Source: an uncultured Faecalibacterium sp.
Lineage (GTDB): Bacteria > Bacillota > Clostridia > Oscillospirales > Ruminococcaceae
Direction: 5' to 3'
Length of the DNA stretch: 64,000 nt
Assembly (NCBI GenBank): GCA_934548045.1
Contig: CAKTEM010000007.1
Span: 57,105 to 121,104, forward strand
In this document: one piece after another, positions 49,901-57,455 of the stretch
Numbering within the stretch: the stretch's first letter is position 1
Layout: each line of letters starts with the position of its first letter
Made by a program: the position numbers and the translations under genes
Notes under the pieces: model-generated
What the model was told of the DNA's origin: nothing
The model's input: the letters and a program-made list of their open reading frames with translations, nothing else
Databases searched by the model: none

Positions 49901-50320
49901 GGCCTCGGGCATCCGGCCATTCCGGAGGATGAGCTGATTCATGTTGTCCTCGGTGTCGGCGTCCGGGTCGGCAGGAAGCTGCTGGATGCGGACGACGGCC
50001 GGTTCATCGCTGTTCGACCACTGGGCCGTGGTGTCCAGATATTTTACGGGCTGGACAGCCTCGACGCCCTCGGTGGAGCGGATGGCGGAGATGTCGTCTT
50101 CCGACAGACCCAGCGTGGACAGAACCCGGATGTCGAAGACGTTCTGCTGGATATAGTATTTCTGGGCGGCGGTGCGCATACTGGGCGCGATGCTGACAAG
50201 GCCGGTGAGCATCATGACGCCCAGCAGCACGATGCCGAACAGGGAGACGACCCGGCTCATGCTGCCTTTCATTTCCCGGAGGATATTTTTACGATAACTT
50301 TTCCGCACTGTAATCACCAC
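47000..50320 (-). CDS. ABC transporter permease, FtsX/MacB-type with duplicated FtsX domains and long extracytoplasmic coiled-coil
   Basis: 1106 aa; TM1 then a roughly 470-aa external region containing a roughly 270-aa Q/A/E/L-rich coiled coil, 3 TM, a second large loop, C-terminal 3-4 TM FtsX domain; overlaps the downstream ATPase gene. Confidence 0.75.
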   Translation of the reverse strand: MVITVRKSYRKNILREMKGSMSRVVSLFGIVLLGVMMLTGLVSIAPSMRTAAQKYYIQQNVFDIRVLSTLGLSEDDISAIRSTEGVEAVQPVKYLDTTAQWSNSDEPAVVRIQQLPADPDADTEDNMNQLILRNGRMPEADDECVVHVLGYADAIELGTTLTVPDDTDGLKCKKYTVVGNVQDPIHFSTDAESTTAGDGTLDVILFVPDGDLTADYYTVCYIKAENADQYDNFSDEYQQAVDAVADRLTAISDAQCETRRAQLIDTANAKLDEAKQTYNDKKAEAEAQFADAERQLDEAQAQLDAAKAQLEQGEAEYTSGKEQLAQQQAALPDTMQSGADQLLTSQEQVLEFEDQLQQIELLVNVQKVAQPLLGYAQTALDNAQKALDEAEPEDEDYVELRDALAKAQEGYDSIKNQLDGYQQQLDAGKQQMYAQGLISSPTLSNESLVTEAKAALRKMKLALMQGQLSMNTGTATAYSAFAAAQQQLEDARTKLDSGWEEYNSGVQQLADSRAEYETQKTDAEQQLADGQKQITDAEEQISDIQNGEWYVLDRTSTMSFVTFEQYTDRMTAIARVFPVFFFLVAALVASTTMTRMVDENRLQMGTLKALGYSNGQIAAKYLFYALSASILGSFAGMAVGFTVFPIIIWNAFGMIFDVPTFQLTFYPGMAAASLLISSAVIGLTTLLACRSSLHEKTASLLLPRAPVAGKRILLEYITPLWKHMSFSQKTTARNLFRYKKRFFMTVLGVAGCTALLLIGFGIQDALLPIVDKQSAELTHNDLTISLSSEKALTTENGLADVLDSSSEVKSWGKFYTKSVSVYNADNTAETVSLVAAEDDSLMTKYNTFRTRKGHHAIAFGSDSAILTEKTATQLGLSVGDHFWVDTPSGGRLELTLTGITENYIYARLYLSQENFDAYLGSAPLEWNTVFGQTSCETTDDTDALRAKLLACNYISSVTFTADTTGMLSNLISCLNYVVGLVIICAGALAAVVLYNLISVNLAERKKELATIKVLGFYDKEVYRYIFREIDLLAFIGSLVGLGLGIPLHQFIVRTIEMDRMMFIRSIAPRSYLISVALTMVFNFAVCLIMRRHVKRISMVESMKAPE

Positions 50321-51018
50321 TCGATCTGTTCCACGGGGATGGGATGGGCGTTGACCTGATTCGAGACGATCTGACCGCTCCGCACCTGAATGATGCGGTC
50401 AGCCATGCCGGTCAGGGCCGTGTTGTGGGTGATGACGATGACGGTGCGGCCCGTCTCCCGGCAGGTCTTCTGGAGCAGGGCCAGCACCTGTTTGCCGGTC
50501 TTGTAGTCCAGCGCACCGGTCGGCTCGTCGCAGAGCAGAAGCTTCGGGTTCTTGGCGAGGGCGCGTGCGATGGAGACGCGCTGCTGCTCGCCGCCGGACA
50601 GCTGGGCCGGGAAGTTGTTCAGCCGCTCGCCAAGGCCCACCTGACGCAGCGTCTCGGTCGGGTCGAGAGGGTCACGACAGATCTCGCTGGCAAGTTCGAC
50701 GTTCTCAAGGGCCGTGAGGTTCTGCACGAGGTTATAGAACTGGAACACGAAACCCACGTCGTACCGGCGGTAGGTCGTCAGCTCCCGTTCGGTGAAGTGG
50801 CTGACGTTCTGGCCGTCCAGCCAGACGTTTCCCTCGTCGCAGGTGTCCATGCCGCCAAGGATGTTCAGCAGGGTGGTCTTGCCTGCGCCGGATGGCCCGA
50901 CGATGATGCAGAACTCGCCCTTGTCGACGTAAAAGTTCAGATGGTCGGCTGCGGCGATCTTCACGCTGCCGGTCTGATAGTACTTGGAAACACCTTCAAA
51001 CTCAACAAAATGCTCCAT
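50314..51018 (-). CDS. ABC transporter ATP-binding protein (MacB/LolD-type)
   Basis: Walker [10 protein letters not shown], signature LSGGEQQR, Walker [13 protein letters not shown]; 234 aa. Confidence 0.85.
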   Translation of the reverse strand: MEHFVEFEGVSKYYQTGSVKIAAADHLNFYVDKGEFCIIVGPSGAGKTTLLNILGGMDTCDEGNVWLDGQNVSHFTERELTTYRRYDVGFVFQFYNLVQNLTALENVELASEICRDPLDPTETLRQVGLGERLNNFPAQLSGGEQQRVSIARALAKNPKLLLCDEPTGALDYKTGKQVLALLQKTCRETGRTVIVITHNTALTGMADRIIQVRSGQIVSNQVNAHPIPVEQIEW

Positions 51019-51205
51019 AGTGTGCCTCCCTTAGATGATATTTTTCTATCTTCTATCATAGCATAATTTTGCGTGGGTGCGCCAGTGGGCAGAGGGCAAA
51101 TTTGCAAAATCTTAATAAGTGAACAACAAGAAAACGGAAGCCGTTTCCAGCTTCCGTTTTCTTGTCCAAGGGAAATTATTTGGGAAACGCTATCGTCGAG
51201 GGAAA

Positions 51206-53254
51206 TCAGGCGGTAGCGGCGTCAAATGCTGCGGCAAATTTCTCGTAATCTGCGGTGGTATAAGCGTCCTCGCTGGTCTCCCAGTTGACGTACTTATAGT
51301 TGCAGGGGCCGAACATTGCGTTGATCTTGCTGTACTCGTTGACGTGGGTCAGGCACCAGCGGACATCATAGTAGCAGGGAACGGCCAGAGAGTGATTGAT
51401 CATGTAAGCCTCGGCCTTTGCGAACGCCTCATAGCGTGCATCGGTGTCGTCGACGATGGCGTTTGCCTCGTTGACAAGGTCGGTAAACTCCTCATAAGAG
51501 GCGACCAGATCCTTCTGGTAATCCTCGGGAGCGTCGGCAACGATGGGGATGTTGGAATAAGCGACAGCATAGTAAGCGTTGTCGTCGTGCAGGATCTCCT
51601 GACCGACGAAGTTGACCGGGTCACCGAAGTCTGCGCCCCAGCCGTTGATGACGAAAGCGTGCATCTTCGGGGTACGGACCTCCTTAGCGAAGGAAGAAAC
51701 GTAAGTGCGCAGGTCAAGCTGGATGAAGTCATCGCCGAAGCTGTCGATGAAGCACTGCTTCAGGACAGTTGCATTATCCTGTGCGACGGTGTTGCCAGCA
51801 ACGAAGTAGAACGGAGGCTTGACCGGGAAGGTAACGCCGACAGCAGTCAGCTCCTCAATGGCCTTGTCTCTCAGAGCCTTGATGGAATCCTCGGAAGAGT
51901 CACGCAGGTGAACCATCGTCTCACCGTCGTAAGCGTACTTCTCGCCGTCGATGCCCAGCTCTTTGGCGACCAGAGAGGTGTAATCTTCGCCCTTGGAGTT
52001 GTAGCAGACACCCTTCATGGTGTAGAAGTTGTTCTCACACTTCAGGGGGTTGATCTTGTTGAAACGTGCGTAATAGGGGATCAGGTTGACGCCCTCCTGG
52101 AAGCAGCGGCGGAAGCTCTCGTTGGCGATAGCCTTGTTCCAGTTCTCGTTGGGGGTGCCGTCCTCGTTCAGGCAGTAGTAGTTGAAGTGGAAGTCGTAAG
52201 CGTACTTGGTCGGACGCTTCTCGCAGAGCTGGTCGTTGTACTCATTGCTGGGGTCAGCCTGAATGGTGGTCAGGGTGCTTTCGCTCAGCTCCAGCTCATC
52301 CAGCTCACGGTTCTGATACAGCTGATAGCCGACGGTCAGGTCGGAGATCATATTGACGGTGACACGGTCGAAACGGGTCACATTGTCAGCGTCATAGTAG
52401 TTGGGGTTGGGAACATAGCTCTTGGTGTTGTCCTGCACGAACTCCTCGATGAGGTAGGGGCCGCAGCTCCACATCTGGTCATAGTTGACACCACGGAAGC
52501 CGTCAATGCCCAGCTCGTCGATCAGAGCCGGAGGTGCCGGGTAGCAGCAGACGTAGCTGGCGACCGTGTCGAAGTAGGGGCAGGGGTTCATGCAGGTAAA
52601 GACGACCGTGTAATCATCGGGTGCTTCGATGCCGACACCGGCGGCCAGCATATCCTCATAGGTCAGGGCGTATGCGGCATCGTTGTCCAGAGCATCGGTC
52701 TTATCATAGTAATCTGCTGCGCCGACCACGGTGGTGGAAGGCATGGAGGTGTTGGCCGCCTCATTCTTCTTGGCGTTCAGGACCCACTCGAAACCGACCA
52801 GAAAATCTTTGGAGGTCAGGTGGTCTTTCACTTCGCCATTGATATCGACCCAGTCGACATCATCACGCAGATGGAAGGTCCAGACGGAAGCGTCGTCGTT
52901 GTGTTCCCAGCTCTTTGCGATAGCCGCGACCGGCTTGCCGTAAGAATCAAAGCTGAGAAGGCCATCCCAAGTATTGGTGGTGACGTTGAAGTTGGTTGCC
53001 AGCTGGCTGTACAGCATGTTCCAGCTCTCGATCTCACGGCCGGAAGTCTCATAGGTGATGAGTTCGGTCAGCGGCTTGCCGGAATTTGCGGCTGCTGCGC
53101 TGGAAGAAGCCGATGCGCTGGCAGATGCAGAAGCGGAACCAGCAGTGCTGGAAGAGCCGCCGCAGGCAGCCAGCAGACCAGCTGCACCCACGACACCTGC
53201 GCCCTTGAGGAAGCTCCGGCGGTTGATGGTACGGTTCTCGAAGTCGATGTTCAT
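51206..53254 (-). CDS. ABC transporter substrate-binding lipoprotein, family 5 (peptide/oligosaccharide-type), twin-arginine-like signal
   Basis: 682 aa; N-terminus NRRSFLKGAGVVGAAGLLAACGG (RR motif plus lipobox), SBP_bac_5-like body; paralog of 53875-55908. Confidence 0.7.
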   Translation of the reverse strand: MNIDFENRTINRRSFLKGAGVVGAAGLLAACGGSSSTAGSASASASASASSSAAAANSGKPLTELITYETSGREIESWNMLYSQLATNFNVTTNTWDGLLSFDSYGKPVAAIAKSWEHNDDASVWTFHLRDDVDWVDINGEVKDHLTSKDFLVGFEWVLNAKKNEAANTSMPSTTVVGAADYYDKTDALDNDAAYALTYEDMLAAGVGIEAPDDYTVVFTCMNPCPYFDTVASYVCCYPAPPALIDELGIDGFRGVNYDQMWSCGPYLIEEFVQDNTKSYVPNPNYYDADNVTRFDRVTVNMISDLTVGYQLYQNRELDELELSESTLTTIQADPSNEYNDQLCEKRPTKYAYDFHFNYYCLNEDGTPNENWNKAIANESFRRCFQEGVNLIPYYARFNKINPLKCENNFYTMKGVCYNSKGEDYTSLVAKELGIDGEKYAYDGETMVHLRDSSEDSIKALRDKAIEELTAVGVTFPVKPPFYFVAGNTVAQDNATVLKQCFIDSFGDDFIQLDLRTYVSSFAKEVRTPKMHAFVINGWGADFGDPVNFVGQEILHDDNAYYAVAYSNIPIVADAPEDYQKDLVASYEEFTDLVNEANAIVDDTDARYEAFAKAEAYMINHSLAVPCYYDVRWCLTHVNEYSKINAMFGPCNYKYVNWETSEDAYTTADYEKFAAAFDAATA

Positions 53255-53349
53255 TTTTCTTTCCCTCCCAAAGTTCTAAAAGCGGTTCTGTGGGCGTGTG
53301 ACCCGGTGCATCTTGTTCCTCTTTCCCCAAGGAACCGACAAATGGATGC

Positions 53350-53395
53350 AAAAAAAGGCGCAGAGACAGATTTTTACTACCTGTTCCTGCGCCTT
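53350..53395 (-). terminator. Intrinsic terminator between tandem SBP genes (minus strand)
   Basis: aggcgcag ... ctgcgcct stem; minus-strand reading gives the hairpin followed by TTTTTTT. Confidence 0.45.
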
Positions 53396-53529
53396 TACAG
53401 AACCCTTTCGGTGACTGCATTTTAACACGCTAAAGTGCAGTTGTCAAGAAAGCCGAAGGGTTTTTGAGACTGAAAATATTAAGTTCGATGCTTTTCAAAA
53501 ATGAAGAAACTTCATTTTGGTAAGTAATA

Positions 53530-53871
53530 GCCCTCTCAGTCGCTCGCGCGACAGCTGTCCTCCCTCTGTCGCCTTGCGACATCTCCCTCCGACCGGAGGG
53601 AGTCTTTCCCAAAGGGGGAGCCACTGGCGTGTCGGGCAAGTCTGAGCAGGACGAAAAAGAGGTCATTTCTGGTAAAAGCGTGGGCCTTGCTGTCTACGGC
53701 AGCGGCTTCAAAATAAAAACAGCCCCACTGAATCGACTCAGAAGCATCTGAATCGAGACAGCGAGGCTATCATGCTTTATCTTATATTAAAGCTTGTTCA
53801 GTTTTGGCAAACTGTTCCGGCCTGCCAAGGGCTCTCCCTTTGGGAGAGCTGCCGCGAAGCGGCTGAGAGGG
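53530..53871. repeat. Full-length copy of CCCTCTCAG-TIR intergenic element (copy E)
   Basis: 342 bp; TA|gccctctcag ... ctgagagggc|TA; right end abuts the stop codon of the upstream SBP paralog (minus-strand reading taatagccctctcag, as at purH). Confidence 0.75.
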
Positions 53872-53874
53872 CTA

Positions 53875-55908
53875 TTAGCCCTGAGAAGCCTGATCGAACG
53901 CCTTTGCGAATGCCTCGTACTGGACGGTGGTGTAAGCCTCTTCGCTGGTCTCCCAGTTGACAGCCTTGTAGTTGCAGGGACCATACATAGCGTTGATCTT
54001 GCTGTACTCGTTGGCGTGGGTCAGGCACCAGGACACGTCGTAGACGGTCGGGCAGGTGAGGTTGTTCTCGATGAAGTAAGCCTCAGCCTTTGCAAATGCA
54101 GCGTAACGTGCGTCGGTATCGTCGACGATGGCCTTAGCCTCGTTGACCATATCGGTGAACTGCTCGAACTCGCTGACCAGATCGGCCTGATAATCTGCCG
54201 GATTCTCGGCGACGGAAGCGATGTTGGTCAGGTTGCAGCTGTAATAGGCGTTGTCGTCGTGCAGGACTTCCTGCGTGAGGAAGTTGACGGGGTCGCCGAA
54301 GTCTGCGCCCCAGCCCATGTGGATGAAGCACTGCTGCTGGGGAGCGACGATCTCCTTCATGACGGAGGAAACATAGGTATCGATGTCCAGCACGATGAAG
54401 TCATCGCCAAAGCTGTCGGTGAAGCACTGCTTCAGGATGGTGGCGTTGTCCAGCGCAGAGGTGCTGCCGGCAACGATGTGGTAATGGCAGTGGATGGGGA
54501 AGGTGACGCCGATGGCGGTCAGCTCGTCCATAGCCTGCTTCTTCAGGTCGTCGATGCCGCTGCCATTGCGCATACGGATCATGGTCTTGCCGTCGTAGGC
54601 CTCGCCGTCCAGACCCAGCTCACGGGCGACCAGAGTGGTGTAATCGGTGCCGTCGGAGGTGTAGGACAGGCCCTTCATGGTGAAGAAGTCGTTCTCGCAC
54701 TTCAGGGGGTTGATCTTGTTGTAGCGTGCGTAGAAGCTGGTCAGGTCGAGACCCTTGTAGAAGCACTGACGGAATGCGGTGTTGGCGATGGCCTTGTTCC
54801 AGTTCTCGTCGGGGGTGCCGTCCTCGTTGTTGCGCTGATAGTTGAAGATGAAGCAATAGCTGAACTTCTTGGCGCGCTTCTCGCACAGCTGGCTGTAATA
54901 CTCGCTGTTGGTGTCAGCGGTGATGGTGGTCAGGGTGCTTTCGCCCAGATCGACCTCGTCCAGCTCGCGGTTCTGATACAGCTGGAAGCTGATGGAACCA
55001 TCGGAGATGATGGTGATGGTCAGACGCTCGAAACGGCTGACGTTGGCAGCATCGTAGTAGTTAGGGTTGGGAACATAGCTCTTGGTGTTGCCCTGGATAT
55101 ACTCCTCAACGAGGTAGGGGCCGCAGTACCACATGTTGGTGTAATCGCAGCCACGGAAGCCCTCGATACCCAGCTCGTTGATCAGGTCCTCAGATGCCGG
55201 ATAGAAGCTGTTGTAAGCTGCAACGGTATCGAAGTAGGGGCAGGGATTCGGGCAGGTGAAGACCAGAGTGTAGTCGTCCGGTGCCTCAACGCCGATGCCG
55301 TAAGCCAGCATATCCTCGTAGGTCAGGTCGGCAGCAGCGTCGCCCAGCTCCTTGGTATGCTCGTAGTACTCAGCAGCACCCACGACGTTTTCGTTGGGCA
55401 TGGAGGTGTTGTTAGCCTCGTTCTTGTAGGCGTTCATGACCCACTCGAAGCCGACCAGAAAGTCCTTGCTGGTGATGTGGCCCTTGACCTCGCCGTTGAC
55501 GTCGACCCAATCGACATCGTCGCGCAGGTGGAAGGTCCAGACGGTGGAGTCCTCGTTGGTCTCCCAGCTGGAAGCGATAGCCGGAGCGACCTTGCCGTAC
55601 TTGTCGAAGCTCAGCAGGCCATCCCACAGGTTGGTGATGACGTTTGCATCGGAAGCCTGCTGCGTGTACAGCATATTCCAGTTCTCGATCTCACGGTTGG
55701 AGCTTTCCCAGCTGATGAACTCGGTCAGCGGAGTGCCGCCGGTGGAGTTGGGAGCGGAAGCAGCACCGGAAGCTGCGGAGCTTGCGGTAGAGCTGCTGCT
55801 GTTGGAATTGCCGCCGCAGGCAGCCAGCAGGCCAGCTGCGCCGACGACACCGGCACCCTTCAGGAAGGAGCGGCGGTTGACTTTGTGAGATTCAAAATTG
55901 ATGCTCAT
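53875..55908 (-). CDS. ABC transporter substrate-binding lipoprotein, family 5, paralog
   Basis: 677 aa; same N-terminus NRRSFLKGAGVVGAAGLLAACGG and collinear similarity (roughly 70-75% identity by eye) with 51206-53254. Confidence 0.7.
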   Translation of the reverse strand: MSINFESHKVNRRSFLKGAGVVGAAGLLAACGGNSNSSSSTASSAASGAASAPNSTGGTPLTEFISWESSNREIENWNMLYTQQASDANVITNLWDGLLSFDKYGKVAPAIASSWETNEDSTVWTFHLRDDVDWVDVNGEVKGHITSKDFLVGFEWVMNAYKNEANNTSMPNENVVGAAEYYEHTKELGDAAADLTYEDMLAYGIGVEAPDDYTLVFTCPNPCPYFDTVAAYNSFYPASEDLINELGIEGFRGCDYTNMWYCGPYLVEEYIQGNTKSYVPNPNYYDAANVSRFERLTITIISDGSISFQLYQNRELDEVDLGESTLTTITADTNSEYYSQLCEKRAKKFSYCFIFNYQRNNEDGTPDENWNKAIANTAFRQCFYKGLDLTSFYARYNKINPLKCENDFFTMKGLSYTSDGTDYTTLVARELGLDGEAYDGKTMIRMRNGSGIDDLKKQAMDELTAIGVTFPIHCHYHIVAGSTSALDNATILKQCFTDSFGDDFIVLDIDTYVSSVMKEIVAPQQQCFIHMGWGADFGDPVNFLTQEVLHDDNAYYSCNLTNIASVAENPADYQADLVSEFEQFTDMVNEAKAIVDDTDARYAAFAKAEAYFIENNLTCPTVYDVSWCLTHANEYSKINAMYGPCNYKAVNWETSEEAYTTVQYEAFAKAFDQASQG

Positions 55909-56297
55909 TGGGGGTTTCCTCCTGACACAGAGAAACGTTCCTGTGTCCTTTTTCTTGATTCTTCATGTGTTGTATCCGGCTTTTTGTGTTCGCGGCCCCT
56001 GCACAAAACGGGGCCAAAAGTCAGACCATTGCGTATTCTAGCACCCGAAAGAAAAGAAGTCAAACCCGGTTAGCCACAAATCGGAAACCCGGTCCTCTTG
56101 TATTCTTCTTAAAAAATTAGCTTTTTGCCCGGGATGCTTTTCTTTTCAAAAGACTGTACGCCGGAAACGGACAGCGAAACTTCCGAAAGAAAAGCGAAAC
56201 GGTTTCGTGCGAGCGTATCGAGTATTCAAAAAGTTTCACCTGAATTTGGGCAAGTTGCCGGAAATTGACCATGAGACAAAAAATCCTTCAAAACGGT

Positions 56298-56326
56298 CTT
56301 GACGCCATGCCGGAAATGTGGTATTT
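56298..56326 (+). promoter_or_regulatory. Candidate promoter of glcT-ptsG leader
   Basis: TTGACG, 17 nt, TATTTT. Confidence 0.35.
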
Positions 56327-56387
56327 TATTGCTGGAAATTTTGCATTTCCTGTGATAAGTTTTTACATGTACGTGAGCAGCGTCGTT

Positions 56388-56415
56388 GGATTGTTACCGT
56401 TTGGCGGGCTAGACC
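56388..56415 (+). promoter_or_regulatory. RAT (ribonucleic antiterminator) element for BglG/LicT-family antiterminator
   Basis: GGATTGTTACCGTTTGGCGGGCTAGACC matches RAT consensus GGATTGTTACTG...GCAGGCAAAACC; partly overlaps the 5' arm of the downstream terminator. Confidence 0.6.
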
Positions 56416-56490
56416 AACTCTGCACAGCAAAAGCCGAAAGTGTTTCAAAGCCTTCGGTGTTGTTTGTTGTGGTGAGTGTGGTCTTTTTTA
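56410..56490 (+). terminator. Leader terminator overlapping RAT
   Basis: Extended imperfect hairpin (gctagaccaactctgcacagc ... gttgtggtgagtgtggtc) ending in TTTTTT at 56484-56489. Confidence 0.45.
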
Positions 56491-56531
56491 TTGCCATTTT
56501 TTGCCTTGCATTGGTTTGGAGGAACGAAAAG

Positions 56532-57374
56532 ATGCAGTATACCGTCAAGAAAGCAATCAATAATAACATCCTGCGCGTCATCGACCCGACGGGAACGGAA
56601 CTTATCGTCACCGGCAGGGGCCTCGGCTTCGGGGTCAAGACCGGCCAGCACATCGACCCGGAAAAGGTCGAGCGGAGCTACCGGATGACGAGCCCGGCGG
56701 TGCAGCAGAAGCTGGTGGAGCTGTTGGAACAGATCCCGTATGAGCATCTGCTGCTGACGGATGAGCTGGTGGAAAAAATCAAAGCCAGCCTCAGGTATCC
56801 GCTGAACGAGAGCCTGCTCATCACGCTGGCCGACCATATCAGCTTCGCCATCCAGCGGAGCGAACAGGGGATCCACTTTTCCAATCCGCTGATGGGGCCC
56901 ATCCGGGAGTTCTACCCAGAGGAGTACCGTCTGGGGCAGAAATGCCTTGCTGAGATCCGGGAAAAGCTCAGCGTCGACCTTTCGGACGACGAGGGCGGAT
57001 TTATTGCCCTTCACATCGTGAACGCAGAACTGAACACCACCATGAGCGCGGTGAACGATATCACCCGGTTCGTAGATGGCTGCGTGCAGGTGGTGGAATA
57101 CTATTATGGAAAGACCTTCGACCGGAGTTCGCTGGATTTCAGCCGGTTCGCGGTGCATCTGCGGTATTTTGCGCAGAGAGTCTTTCAGGGCAAGCAGGAG
57201 CAGGACAGCCACGATGAAATGTTCCTCTCCCTCATCGCGCGCAATTGCAGTGAACATTATAGATGTGCCAAGTGCATTGCCGAGTATGTGGAAAAAACGT
57301 GGCACAAAGTGTTGTCTGACGAGGAGCTGGTCTTCCTGACCATCCACCTCAAGCGGATCAACCTGAGCAAATAA
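56532..57374 (+). CDS. glcT: BglG/LicT/GlcT-family transcription antiterminator (CAT RNA-binding domain plus two PRDs)
   Basis: N-terminal CAT domain MQYTVKKAINNNILRV, two PRD regions with conserved His; RBS ggagg; start at 56532, not the ORF-track 56265. Confidence 0.8.
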   Translation: MQYTVKKAINNNILRVIDPTGTELIVTGRGLGFGVKTGQHIDPEKVERSYRMTSPAVQQKLVELLEQIPYEHLLLTDELVEKIKASLRYPLNESLLITLADHISFAIQRSEQGIHFSNPLMGPIREFYPEEYRLGQKCLAEIREKLSVDLSDDEGGFIALHIVNAELNTTMSAVNDITRFVDGCVQVVEYYYGKTFDRSSLDFSRFAVHLRYFAQRVFQGKQEQDSHDEMFLSLIARNCSEHYRCAKCIAEYVEKTWHKVLSDEELVFLTIHLKRINLSK

Positions 57375-57455
57375 GGTTCGTTCACGCTGGTAACAGCTGG
57401 CTGGCGTGTCTGGATAAATTTTCGAACATCCTCAAAGGAAAGAATAGGAGAAATT

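Noticed and set aside
56265-56531. Long N-terminal extension (ORF-track start) of the antiterminator gene
   Set aside because: The extension overlaps the RAT-terminator leader and is hydrophobic junk. The conserved CAT domain begins at MQYTVKK (56532), which has an RBS.
57375-57455. Second RAT/terminator between glcT and ptsG
   Set aside because: Only a weak RAT-like motif is present and no terminator hairpin or T-run. It is probably just an intercistronic spacer with the RBS aggagaaatt.
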